NCBI GenBank assembly: GCA_965226885.1
Contig: CBDDEL010000014.1
Location: 32,001-96,000, forward strand
Source of the DNA: Opitutales bacterium
GTDB taxonomy: Bacteria > Verrucomicrobiota > Verrucomicrobiia > Opitutales > UBA2987
Length of the DNA: 64,000 nucleotides
Direction of reading: 5' to 3'
Shown: positions 55,229 to 64,000 of the stretch, one piece after another
Numbering within the stretch: position 1 is the stretch's first letter
Layout of the letters: each line of letters begins with the position of its first letter
Translations under genes and position numbers: made by a program
The notes under the pieces: model-generated
What the model was told of the DNA's origin: nothing
Databases searched by the model: none
What the model saw: the letters and a program-made list of their open reading frames with translations, nothing else

Positions 55229-55895
55229 ATTGCTCTAGCATTGATGCGGGTATGATACTGTAGGCGCAGCGCCGGGCGCCCGCCTGGATATGTTCGGTTC
55301 GCTCGACCTTCACATCCGAACCGAGTGATTTTTGGAATACCTCCAGCTCCATATCGCATAATCCCAGGCAGGAGGCGGCCGCATCGCAGATCGGGCAATG
55401 GTTTTCCACCAGAAGCAGCGATTGATCCTCCTGTTCCTTAACTTCCGCCATATATCCCTCGTCGGATCGGATCTCGGCCAGAATTTTTACTCGGTCAACC
55501 AGAGATTTCTTTCCGCAAAGCCGACCCTGGTAATCTTCCACTTGTTCTTTGGCCCGGATGGACAGCAGGCGTTCCATCCCCCGGGAACCAAAGGCCTTGC
55601 CCATGCTGCGGATCAAACTCACTGACAGGTCCGCATGGCCGTTGTGAAAAAAACGATTGGCCTCAGGTCTCAGACGCCAGATTTTAGCCGGACGGCCGAG
55701 GGGCCGGGGTTCCTCCTGGCAATCGATAAAATTTTGTTCTTGAAGGGAATAAAGATGCAAACGGACGGCCATAGTGGTTGTTCCGAATCGCTCCGCAATG
55801 GATTTGGCATCCATCGGCCCTCGTTCCTTGAGCCACTGCATGATGGCCCGCCGGGCGCGTTGGTCGGAAGAAGAACCGGGGGGTTTTATTTTCAT
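55206..55895 (-). CDS. SufR-like (ArsR-type HTH, Fe-S binding) transcriptional regulator
   Basis: AVRLHLYSL, GRPAKIWRL, ENHCPIC...CLGLCDME...RRCAY. Confidence 0.85.
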   Translation of the reverse strand: MKIKPPGSSSDQRARRAIMQWLKERGPMDAKSIAERFGTTTMAVRLHLYSLQEQNFIDCQEEPRPLGRPAKIWRLRPEANRFFHNGHADLSVSLIRSMGKAFGSRGMERLLSIRAKEQVEDYQGRLCGKKSLVDRVKILAEIRSDEGYMAEVKEQEDQSLLLVENHCPICDAAASCLGLCDMELEVFQKSLGSDVKVERTEHIQAGARRCAYSIIPASMLEQSTPPGGS

Positions 55896-55904
55896 GCATT
55901 TTTT

Positions 55905-55959
55905 GTAAAGAAAAATATTGACTAAGTCAAGTTTATACTATGTAAAGGAAATACTTTAC
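55905..55959. promoter_or_regulatory. divergent promoter/operator region
   Basis: GTAAAG-N6-CTTTAC (55942-55959), degenerate copy (55905-55922) and palindrome TTGACT-A-AGTCAA (55918-55930). Confidence 0.6.
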
Positions 55960-55974
55960 TTAATTAAAATAAAA

Positions 55975-56550
55975 ATGAAACAAAAAATAGCAGTTATTAG
56001 TTGTTCACTGAATAAAACGAGCTGGTCCAGGATATTGGCCAATCGGGTGACTGAAGCCCTTTGCGATCTGGGATCGGAGGTCGAATTCATTGATTTGCAG
56101 GATTTTCAACTGCCGCTTTGCGACGGCGGCCCGGCCTACGAGAATGCGAATGTGATCAAATTGACGGAGCGGATTGCGGCGATGAAGTCAGTTCTTCTGG
56201 CCGTGCCGGTTTACAATTACTACGCCAATGCGGCGGCAAAAAACCTGATCGAATTAACGGGAAACGCCTGGGAAGACAAGATCGTCGGGTTTCTGGCGAC
56301 GGCCGGTGGTCAATCGAGTTATATGTCGGTGATGTCGCTGGCCAACCAGCTCATGTTCGATTTTCGGTGCCTGGTGGTTCCCCGATTCGTTTACGCTACA
56401 GGAAGCGATTTCGGCCCGGCGACCGACGGCAGGGAAAAGCTTATTAGCCCAAAAATTGAAAATCGGGTTCAAGAACTGGCGGAAGCAATCCTGAACCTGG
56501 CAAATGGTCTTCAATTTACAAAAGAACAAGAAAGGAGAAACGAGAAATGA
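55975..56550 (+). CDS. NADPH-dependent FMN reductase
   Basis: ISCSLNKTSWS, PVYNY, KNLIEL, ATAGGQSS. Confidence 0.9.
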   Translation: MKQKIAVISCSLNKTSWSRILANRVTEALCDLGSEVEFIDLQDFQLPLCDGGPAYENANVIKLTERIAAMKSVLLAVPVYNYYANAAAKNLIELTGNAWEDKIVGFLATAGGQSSYMSVMSLANQLMFDFRCLVVPRFVYATGSDFGPATDGREKLISPKIENRVQELAEAILNLANGLQFTKEQERRNEK

Positions 56551-56966
56551 AATGCCAATTGGAACATGCCAATATAACTGTCGAAGATATGGATGAAGCG
56601 GTCCGCTTTTTATCAACGGCTTTTTCCCATTTTAAAGAACGCGGAGGCGGCAAAAACAATCAAGGTGCCCGCTGGCTGCACTTTGGGACTGACGACCATT
56701 ATATCGCTTTGCAGGAAGCGGTTCAAGTTGAAGAAAATGACCGTTGGCCCTACAACGATCCTGGCGTCAACCACCTGGGTTACGCGGTTGACGATGTGGA
56801 TTCGATCAAACGGCGATTGCAGGATGCCGGCTATGAAGAAGGAATGGTCCCGGAACCCCACCCCTACCGAAAGCGGGTTTATTTTTATGACCGGACAGGT
56901 TTCGAGTGGGAATTCGTGCAATATTATTCAGACGATCCCAAGGAGCGCAACGACTACTCGCAATAG
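56547..56966 (+). CDS. VOC/glyoxalase family protein
   Basis: LEHANITV, VNHLGYAV, YFYDRTGFEWEFV. Confidence 0.9.
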   Translation: MKCQLEHANITVEDMDEAVRFLSTAFSHFKERGGGKNNQGARWLHFGTDDHYIALQEAVQVEENDRWPYNDPGVNHLGYAVDDVDSIKRRLQDAGYEEGMVPEPHPYRKRVYFYDRTGFEWEFVQYYSDDPKERNDYSQ

Positions 56967-57006
56967 GCTTCGCAACTGAACAAACGGGTATTGGGGAATT
57001 GAGTAT

Positions 57007-57768
57007 TCAACCCACCTCAGTGAAAATATTTTTGACCGAGGCGGCGGCGTAATCGCGGTTCATCTTGGCGATGACGTCGAGAGGGATTTCTTTGGGACAA
57101 ACGGCGGAGCACTCGCCGTAATTGGTGCAATTGCCGAAACCGGCAGCATCCATGCTGGCTACCATGCTCAATACGCGCCTATCTTTCTCCGCCGCGCCCT
57201 GGGGCAGTAGATTGAGGTGGGCCACCTTGGCTCCCACAAAGAGCATGGCAGAGGCATTTTTACAGGCCGCCACACAAGCTCCGCAGCCGATGCAGGAAGC
57301 GGCGTCCATGGCCTTGTCAGCGATCGTTTTGCCCAGCGCAATGGCATTCCCATCGGGAGCGCTCCCGGCGCGGGCGGTAATGTATCCTCCTGATTGAATA
57401 ATGCCGTCAAAAGCTGAACGGTCCACCACGAGATCGCGAATAACCGGAAAGGGCCTGGCCCGAAAGGGCTCGATGACGATGGTTTCCCCATCCCGGAAAT
57501 GACGCATGTGCAACTGACAGGTAGTGGTCGCTCTCTGCGGCCCGTGGGGAATCCCGTTGATGTTGATGGAGCAGGTCCCGCAAATCCCCTCCCGGCAATC
57601 GTGATCGAAGGCCACCGGCTCTTCTCCTTTATACACCAGATCTTCGTTGAGAAGGTCCAACATTTCGAGAAAAGATGAATCGGCCGAAACGTCATCCAGC
57701 GGGTAGTCAACCAGGTGGCCTTCTTCTTGCGGGTTTTTTTGCCGCCATATTTTAAGATTCAGCTTCAT
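57007..57768 (-). CDS. sdhB: succinate dehydrogenase/fumarate reductase Fe-S subunit
   Basis: [32 protein letters not shown]. Confidence 0.96.
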   Translation of the reverse strand: MKLNLKIWRQKNPQEEGHLVDYPLDDVSADSSFLEMLDLLNEDLVYKGEEPVAFDHDCREGICGTCSININGIPHGPQRATTTCQLHMRHFRDGETIVIEPFRARPFPVIRDLVVDRSAFDGIIQSGGYITARAGSAPDGNAIALGKTIADKAMDAASCIGCGACVAACKNASAMLFVGAKVAHLNLLPQGAAEKDRRVLSMVASMDAAGFGNCTNYGECSAVCPKEIPLDVIAKMNRDYAAASVKNIFTEVG

Positions 57769-57800
57769 TGATTCGGACTTACAAAATTCTCATCAGTCAC

Positions 57801-59717
57801 TCATTTGTAACTGCGCACGGATAGGGAAACATTTTCGAAATTCAGGTCTTCGACATGTTTAACCGGCAGGGCGTCGTCACCTTTATGCTCCCAGACTGAA
57901 ACATTGGCAAAATTCTCGTCGTCGCGCACGGCCTCACCCTCCCCGGTCTGGCGCTCCTCGCGGAAATGGCCCCCGCAGGACTCATCGCGGTCGAGCGCAT
58001 CCCTTACCATCAACTCACCGAATTCCATAAAATCGGCCACCCGTCCGGCCCGCTCCAGCTCCATATTCAATTCCTCTCCCTGTCCGGTGACACGCAAATC
58101 GCTCCAAAATTCGTCCCGCAGACCCGGGATTATATCAAGGGCTTTTTGCAGTCCCCGGGCATTGCGCGCCATCCCGCAATACTCCCATACGATCTTACCC
58201 AACTCCATGTGAAAGGATCGCGCCGAGCGTTTGCCTTCGATGCCCAGAAGCCGCCCAATCTTGCCCTTTACCTTGGTTTCGACCTCCTTGAACTCCGCGC
58301 TATCGGTGGAAGGCGCACCGGCCCCGGTTTCCGCCAGGTAATTGGCCAGGGTATAGGGAATGATGAAATAACCGTCGGCCAAACCCTGCATGAGGGCGCT
58401 GGCGCCGAGGCGGTTGGCCCCGTGATCGGAAAAATTGGCCTCTCCTAGGACGAAACAGCCGGGGATGGTGCTTTGCAGGTTATAATCCACCCACAGACCA
58501 CCCATCGTGTAATGGAGCGCAGGGTAAATGCGCATGGGCCGTTGGTAGGCATTTTCACCCGTTATGCGCTCATACATTTCAAAGAGATTGCCGTAACGCT
58601 CCTCAATGGTGGACCGGCCCAGCCGCTCGATCGAATCGGCAAAATCGAGGTAAACGCCGCGGCCTCCGGGGCCGATCCCACGCCCGTCGTCGCAAGCCTC
58701 CTTGGCCGAGCGCGAAGAGATGTCTCTGGGGGCCAGGTTGCCGAAACTCGGGTATTTGCGTTCGAGGTAATAATCCCGGTATTGCTCGGCAATTAGCCTT
58801 GGATCCTGAGGGCAATCCTCCGCCTTTTTCGGCACCCAGACCCGCCCGTCATTGCGCAGCGATTCGGACATCAGGGTGAGTTTGCTCTGGTGGTCCCCGG
58901 CTTGCGGAATGCAGGTAGGGTGAATTTGGGTGTAACAGGGGTTGGCAAAACCGGCGCCTCTTTTGTAGGCCCGAAAGGCGGCCGTCACATTGCATCCGGC
59001 GGCATTGGTGGAGAGAAAGAAAACATTGCTATAACCGCCGGTGGCCAGGATGACGGCATCGGCGCTCCAGGATTCAATTTGCCCGCTGACCAGGTTGCGT
59101 GTCACGATGCCCTTGGCGTGCCCGTTGACCAGAACGAGGTCGAGCATCTCGTGCCGGTTGTGCATTTTCACCTGGCCAAGACCAATCTGGAGGCTGAGCG
59201 CGCTGTAGGCCCCCAACAGTAGCTGCTGCCCGGTTTGGCCGCGGGCATAAAAAGTGCGGGAAACCTGCGCCCCGCCAAAGGAGCGGTTGGCCAGCAAACC
59301 GCCGTATTCGCGGGCAAAAGGGACGCCCTGGGCTACGCACTGGTCGATGATGTTGCCACTTAACTGGGCCAGCCGGTAAACGTTGGCCTCACGTGAGCGG
59401 TAGTCGCCCCCTTTGATGGTGTCGTAAAAAAGCCGGTAATCGCTGTCCCCGTCGTTCTGGTAATTTTTGGACGCGTTGATGCCTCCCTGGGCGGCGATGC
59501 TGTGGGCGCGCCGGGGGCTGTCCTGGTAGCAGAAACAATCCACGTTATAACCCAGTTCGCCCAGCGTAGCCGCCGCCGACCCGCCGGCAAGCCCGGAACC
59601 GACCACAATAACCCGGTATTTTCGCCGGTTGGCGGGATTGACCAGCTTGATGCGGAACTTGCGGTTGTCCCATTTGTCGGTCAGAGGACCGGATGGTATT
59701 TTTGCATCGAGATTCAT
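57801..59717 (-). CDS. sdhA: succinate dehydrogenase/fumarate reductase flavoprotein
   Basis: [29 protein letters not shown]. Confidence 0.97.
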   Translation of the reverse strand: MNLDAKIPSGPLTDKWDNRKFRIKLVNPANRRKYRVIVVGSGLAGGSAAATLGELGYNVDCFCYQDSPRRAHSIAAQGGINASKNYQNDGDSDYRLFYDTIKGGDYRSREANVYRLAQLSGNIIDQCVAQGVPFAREYGGLLANRSFGGAQVSRTFYARGQTGQQLLLGAYSALSLQIGLGQVKMHNRHEMLDLVLVNGHAKGIVTRNLVSGQIESWSADAVILATGGYSNVFFLSTNAAGCNVTAAFRAYKRGAGFANPCYTQIHPTCIPQAGDHQSKLTLMSESLRNDGRVWVPKKAEDCPQDPRLIAEQYRDYYLERKYPSFGNLAPRDISSRSAKEACDDGRGIGPGGRGVYLDFADSIERLGRSTIEERYGNLFEMYERITGENAYQRPMRIYPALHYTMGGLWVDYNLQSTIPGCFVLGEANFSDHGANRLGASALMQGLADGYFIIPYTLANYLAETGAGAPSTDSAEFKEVETKVKGKIGRLLGIEGKRSARSFHMELGKIVWEYCGMARNARGLQKALDIIPGLRDEFWSDLRVTGQGEELNMELERAGRVADFMEFGELMVRDALDRDESCGGHFREERQTGEGEAVRDDENFANVSVWEHKGDDALPVKHVEDLNFENVSLSVRSYK

Positions 59718-59718
59718 T

Positions 59719-60477
59719 TTAGGGAGTTAAAGTGAGCGATTGTGCCAGGGTCTGAGCGGCCTCCACATGTTCCTTGTCGAGAATGTCGATGCCGGCGTGT
59801 TCGGTCAGCAGCACGGCCACCGGAATGGAAATAAAACCAAGAAGAACGATCCACCCGTAAGCGGCCGCGGCCAGGCCCAGAATACCGCGCCATTTCTCGT
59901 TGCGCCAGCCCATGGTTTGAAACATGCTTGAGACCCCGTGGGAAAGGTGCGGGCAGAGCAAGGCCATGCAAGCAATATAAAATACCGAGACCCACCAATG
60001 GGAAAATCCCAGATACATCATGGCGTAAATATCGTGCACCGTTTCCCCATGCAGGTTAAAGGGCAGATTGCTGTAATCGTAAATATTTCGCACCGTAAAA
60101 TGGAAGAGGTGAAAAACGATGAAAAACAGAAGGATTAAACCCGTGTAAGGCATCGACCGGGATGACAAAGTAGCCTCCACGGTGGCCTCTTTTTCGTAGC
60201 GGTCCGGGCGGGCCAGGCGGTTCTCGACCGTCAATACAACGGCCGTCCAAACGTGTACTATAACACAGATTAGCAGAAAAAGACGAATTCCCCATAATAT
60301 GACCCCCGGCAGCGATTGCAATTTATGCCCATAGGCGTTGATATATTCAGGCGACAGAAAAATTTGCGCATTTCCCGCCATATGGCCAAAAACGAACCCG
60401 GCCAGAACAAAACCGCTTAAGGCCATCAAATATTTTTTGCCTATAGAGGATTTCAACAACTGGCAAAACGAATTCAT
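59719..60477 (-). CDS. sdhC: succinate dehydrogenase cytochrome b558 subunit
   Basis: [13 protein letters not shown]; five TM segments with conserved His; operon position. Confidence 0.93.
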   Translation of the reverse strand: MNSFCQLLKSSIGKKYLMALSGFVLAGFVFGHMAGNAQIFLSPEYINAYGHKLQSLPGVILWGIRLFLLICVIVHVWTAVVLTVENRLARPDRYEKEATVEATLSSRSMPYTGLILLFFIVFHLFHFTVRNIYDYSNLPFNLHGETVHDIYAMMYLGFSHWWVSVFYIACMALLCPHLSHGVSSMFQTMGWRNEKWRGILGLAAAAYGWIVLLGFISIPVAVLLTEHAGIDILDKEHVEAAQTLAQSLTLTP

Positions 60478-60839
60478 GAAAACATGCCTGGTAATGGGTT
60501 GGAAACCTTGGGCTCAAGGTGCCCAACCATCCTAAATCTATGATCCTCTGCACGAAAAAAGTAAAGGATTTTCAGGCCGGCACATAGATTATCTGCCACT
60601 TATAAGAGTTCGCTAATTCCGCCAGAAACTCCTCTAATGCCACCTCAAGCCCACATCCGCTCAACTAGGATGCGATTCGGAATAAAATGGAATCGTTCTC
60701 CAAATAACGCGTTATTATCGATCATTCCCAGAATTTGTAAAATAAATTACGGTATTTCTTGCCAAAGTAGGAAAATTCAGGACAATATATTTTTGGCATT
60801 AGACGTTTGAGAAAAATTAAGGTGAGAGGAGACTTCAAG

Positions 60840-61064
60840 ATGGCGAAGAGAAAAAATCCAAAGAACAAAGGCATATCACGGATCGATTCCGGTTCTACCC
60901 ATGGTTGGTTTGTAAGAGGGTATAAGAATGGGGAGACCTATTCCAAATTGTTTAGCGATTTGAAATGTGGGGGAAAACGAAAAGCGCAAAGACTGGCCCG
61001 CGAACACCGCGATGAACTCCACGCCCGGTTGAACAAAATACCAACCAAAAGACGGGGCCGTTGA
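60840..61064 (+). CDS. small basic AP2-like DNA-binding protein, possibly truncated
   Basis: GAGGAG RBS; GISRIDSGSTHGWFVR...KLFSD...GGKRKA...AREHRD. Confidence 0.65.
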   Translation: MAKRKNPKNKGISRIDSGSTHGWFVRGYKNGETYSKLFSDLKCGGKRKAQRLAREHRDELHARLNKIPTKRRGR

Positions 61065-61240
61065 ACCCAACCCCGTTTGGGCATTAACGGAATACCCGAA
61101 ATAAACAGATTCCATCGTCAGGCAGGGGTTTTTCAAGCCTGATTTCATGAAGGACAAATGAAGCCTTTACAGGGCGTTTGTCCACGGTGGTCGATTAACG
61201 TTATTTTCTCGCAAAATAGCTTTGCAAATTATTGTGGAAA

Positions 61241-61318
61241 TGGCGTCCCGTAGGGGATTTGAACCCCTGTTGCAGGGATGAGAACCCTGAGTCCTGGGCC
61301 GGGCTAGACGAACGGGAC
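61241..61318 (-). tRNA. tRNA-Glu (anticodon CTC)
   Basis: GTCCCGT/ACGGGAC acceptor stem, CAGGG-TTCTCAT-CCCTG anticodon arm, GGTTCAAATCC T-loop, encoded CCA. Confidence 0.96.
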
Positions 61319-61395
61319 CCTTCCCGGATTGTCGTTTACATTACGTTCATCGGCATAGTTGTCAACCTGCCATCGGATTTAGGCCTGCATCGTAT

Positions 61396-63657
61396 TTAGC
61401 GGCCCCTGACCGGTTCTCCGGCCAGAAGCCGTGCCATTACAGTAACATCGTTGGTGGGTAGTTGGCAGACGAAATCTTCACAAATGAACGCCGTCGTCCT
61501 ACCGTCGATGGGAACCATGGCGCCCAGTGCAGCATTGTTTTTACTCAAAAATTTCTGCCCCTCGGCCCCGTCGGCGAGGAGGACAATTTTGTTGGGTAGG
61601 TAGTTCCGGTAAACCTCACGCAAGAGGACTCGGGTGTTTTCCGAATCGAGTTTTCCCGCCAGAATGATCTGTTTTGGTTTGGCCCGGAAGAAATCGTAGG
61701 CCGCCAGCATGAGGGGCATGGAGGTGGGGTTTTCCTCCAGACTGGAAGCAAAAGCCTGCAAGGTTTTTTCGGCCTTCGTGTGGTATTCATCCCTTCCGGT
61801 TATTTGAACAAGCCGGAGTAAATTGAGGGCCGATACGGAATTGACGGAGGGCTCTGCCCCGTCGAATCGCTCCTTCATCCGCAGGAGAATGCGTGCATCC
61901 CGGTCCGTTACATTGAAAAATCCACCATTTTCAGCATCGAAAAAGAGTTTGTTCTGAGTCTCCTGAAGTCTCACCGCCCAGGGCAGCCATCTGATTTCAA
62001 ACGATGCCTGGTAAAGATCGAGCAGCCCCTGGATGAGAAATGCGTAATCGTCGCCAAATGCAGCGGTGTCACCGGGGCCATTCCGGTAGAGGCGCAGAAG
62101 AGCGCCTTTTTCTTCATTATAGAGGTTTTTCCTGATAAAATTTGCCGAGCGTGTGGCCCGCGCCAGGTATTTCGGTTGGTCCAGGATAATCGCTCCACGG
62201 GCCAAGGCGGATATCATGAGGCCGTTCCAGGAGGTGATGATTTTGTCGTCCAGATGTGGCCGGGGCCGCTTATTTCGAACTGCTAATAGAAGGATCCGGC
62301 TTTCCTCCAGCATTTTTTCAACGGCCGATGGAGAAAGTTCGAATTGATCCGCCGTCTCCTGTGCGGAATGGCTTTGCTTCAGAATATTGCTGTTCTCAAA
62401 ATCCCCGCGCGGATCGCTGCCTGGGGGAGCGTTTCCGGAAGCATTTACGCCGTAGTAATAATTGAAAACGGTTCCCTTTTTTAGGCCCAGGATTTTCAGG
62501 ATTTCCTCCTCCGGCCAAATATAAAAAGCCCCCTCCGTTTTTTCGTGGCTATCCCGGGAAGGCAGGCTGTCGGCATCTTCGGCGGAGTAAAACCCCCCCT
62601 CGGCATCAGTCATGATTTCGGCGACATAGGAAAAAATGCGGCGGGCCGTATCGGCGTATTTTGCTTCGCCGGTAATTTGAAAGGCGTCCAGACAGGCATT
62701 GGCCAACTGGGCTTGATTGTAGAGCATTTTTTCGAAATGAGGGACGTGCCAAAATCGATCGACCGAATAGCGGTGGAAACCTCCTCCCAAATGATCCCGG
62801 ATGCCTCCCGCGATGATGGAGTCGAGGGTAAACAATGCCATCTTGAGGGCCTTTATGCCGCGTGGGTCTGATAACTTCTTGGCGGCATAATAATGGAAAA
62901 GGAAATTGAGAGTGACCGGCCGCGGAAATTTCGGCGGCTGCCCAAACCCCCCTTCGGTCTCATCGAACCTCCCTCTCAATTGCTCAAAGGCCGCTTCCAT
63001 GTGTTCGATTCCCAGGCCCAGGCCGCCTTTACCCGGACCTGGACCCATTTTTTTCAATTCTTCCACAAAGAGCTTTCCCTGGGCTAAAATCTCCTCCCGG
63101 TGTTCCTTCCAGACCTCGGTCCAGTGTTGCAACACCCGGGGGAAACCGGGCCGCCCGTAGCCGTCCTCCGGCGGGAAATAGGTTCCCCCGAAGATGGGGG
63201 TGAGGTCAGGCGTCAGCCAGACGCTCATCGGCCAACCGCCGCTGCCGGTGGAGGCCTGCACAAAAGTCATGTAAACCTTGTCCACATCCGGGCGCTCCTC
63301 GCGGTCCACCTTTATGCTGACATAGGATTCATTCATGAGGGCGGCGGTTTCGTGATTTTCAAAGGACTCATGCTCCATCACATGGCACCAGTGGCAGGTG
63401 CTATAACCGACCGATAGAAAAATCATTTTATCCTCTTTTCGGGCCTTCTCAAAAGCCTCCTCCCCCCAAGGATACCAATCGACGGGATTATCCGCATGCT
63501 GTCGCAAATAAGGAGACTTCTCCAAAGCCAATCGGTTGGATTTCACACCAACCGCCACCTCCCCGCCAAAACCATTCGAAAACAATCCCAGAACAACAGC
63601 GGCTACAAAACAGCGACCGGCATTGGGAAGCTGGTATTTAAAGGCAAAATTCATCAA
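61396..63657 (-). CDS. thioredoxin-domain protein YyaL/SSP411 family, with signal peptide
   Basis: [52 protein letters not shown]. Confidence 0.93.
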   Translation of the reverse strand: MMNFAFKYQLPNAGRCFVAAVVLGLFSNGFGGEVAVGVKSNRLALEKSPYLRQHADNPVDWYPWGEEAFEKARKEDKMIFLSVGYSTCHWCHVMEHESFENHETAALMNESYVSIKVDREERPDVDKVYMTFVQASTGSGGWPMSVWLTPDLTPIFGGTYFPPEDGYGRPGFPRVLQHWTEVWKEHREEILAQGKLFVEELKKMGPGPGKGGLGLGIEHMEAAFEQLRGRFDETEGGFGQPPKFPRPVTLNFLFHYYAAKKLSDPRGIKALKMALFTLDSIIAGGIRDHLGGGFHRYSVDRFWHVPHFEKMLYNQAQLANACLDAFQITGEAKYADTARRIFSYVAEIMTDAEGGFYSAEDADSLPSRDSHEKTEGAFYIWPEEEILKILGLKKGTVFNYYYGVNASGNAPPGSDPRGDFENSNILKQSHSAQETADQFELSPSAVEKMLEESRILLLAVRNKRPRPHLDDKIITSWNGLMISALARGAIILDQPKYLARATRSANFIRKNLYNEEKGALLRLYRNGPGDTAAFGDDYAFLIQGLLDLYQASFEIRWLPWAVRLQETQNKLFFDAENGGFFNVTDRDARILLRMKERFDGAEPSVNSVSALNLLRLVQITGRDEYHTKAEKTLQAFASSLEENPTSMPLMLAAYDFFRAKPKQIILAGKLDSENTRVLLREVYRNYLPNKIVLLADGAEGQKFLSKNNAALGAMVPIDGRTTAFICEDFVCQLPTNDVTVMARLLAGEPVRGR

Positions 63658-63762
63658 AAATTTGTATTTAATTTGCGTCTATTAGAGTTCATTCGCGGTT
63701 CAAAACTTCCAGCCCCTTATACCATATTTTTCAAAATCCCGCAATCCCGCAATAGATAGGTT

Positions 63763-64000
63763 TGAAATGGACGGGGAAAACTGGACAGTGGAATAAGGTG
63801 GTCTTGAACCACTAAATCCGCTAACCTATGAATGTTATTAAATCACGAAAGAGAAGACAATACAGTGCTGAGTTTAAAGCCCGAGTGGCCCTGGAAGCCA
63901 TCAGGGGCGCTCATACCATCAACGAGATCGCCGGGCGTTTTGAGGTGCATCCCAACCAGGTGACCCAATGGAAGAAGCAGCTTTTGCAGGGAGCAACGGA
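63763..64000 (+). mobile_element. IS3-family element type A, left end (runs off window)
   Basis: Matches 51289 onward; OrfA start at 63828. Confidence 0.95.

Noticed and set aside
61241..61318. tRNA-Glu as an island attachment site
   Set aside because: I found no duplicated 3' fragment or adjacent integrase.

Overview
Bacterial chromosomal window, probably Verrucomicrobiota/Opitutales-like (inferred from gene content and style only). It carries housekeeping genes (ferritin, kdsD, ruvC, queA, acs, pheA, folA/thyA, hspQ, sdhCAB, tRNA-Glu). An insertion-sequence bloom occupies about 17 kb (~27%): IS1, two IS3 types, IS1380, IS21, IS5 and an IS4 relic. It includes nested and self-nested copies, apparent adjacent deletions and at least nine broken genes. 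The most notable feature lies in a collapsed prophage/integrative-element remnant (~36.7-40.95 kb): a 63-nt RNA gene at 40494-40556 that folds as the tRNA-like domain of tmRNA (G3:U70 Ala identity pair, GGATTTCGAC loop, perfect T-arm). Its whole tag-encoding mRNA-like domain is replaced by a 15-nt hairpin, and a small HTH gene follows directly. Other highlights are a self-nested IS3 copy with an in-frame fused OrfAB, an amidohydrolase-fold protein/Rieske ferredoxin pair, a probable solo integron cassette, and candidate Fur/PerR and SufR-like operators.
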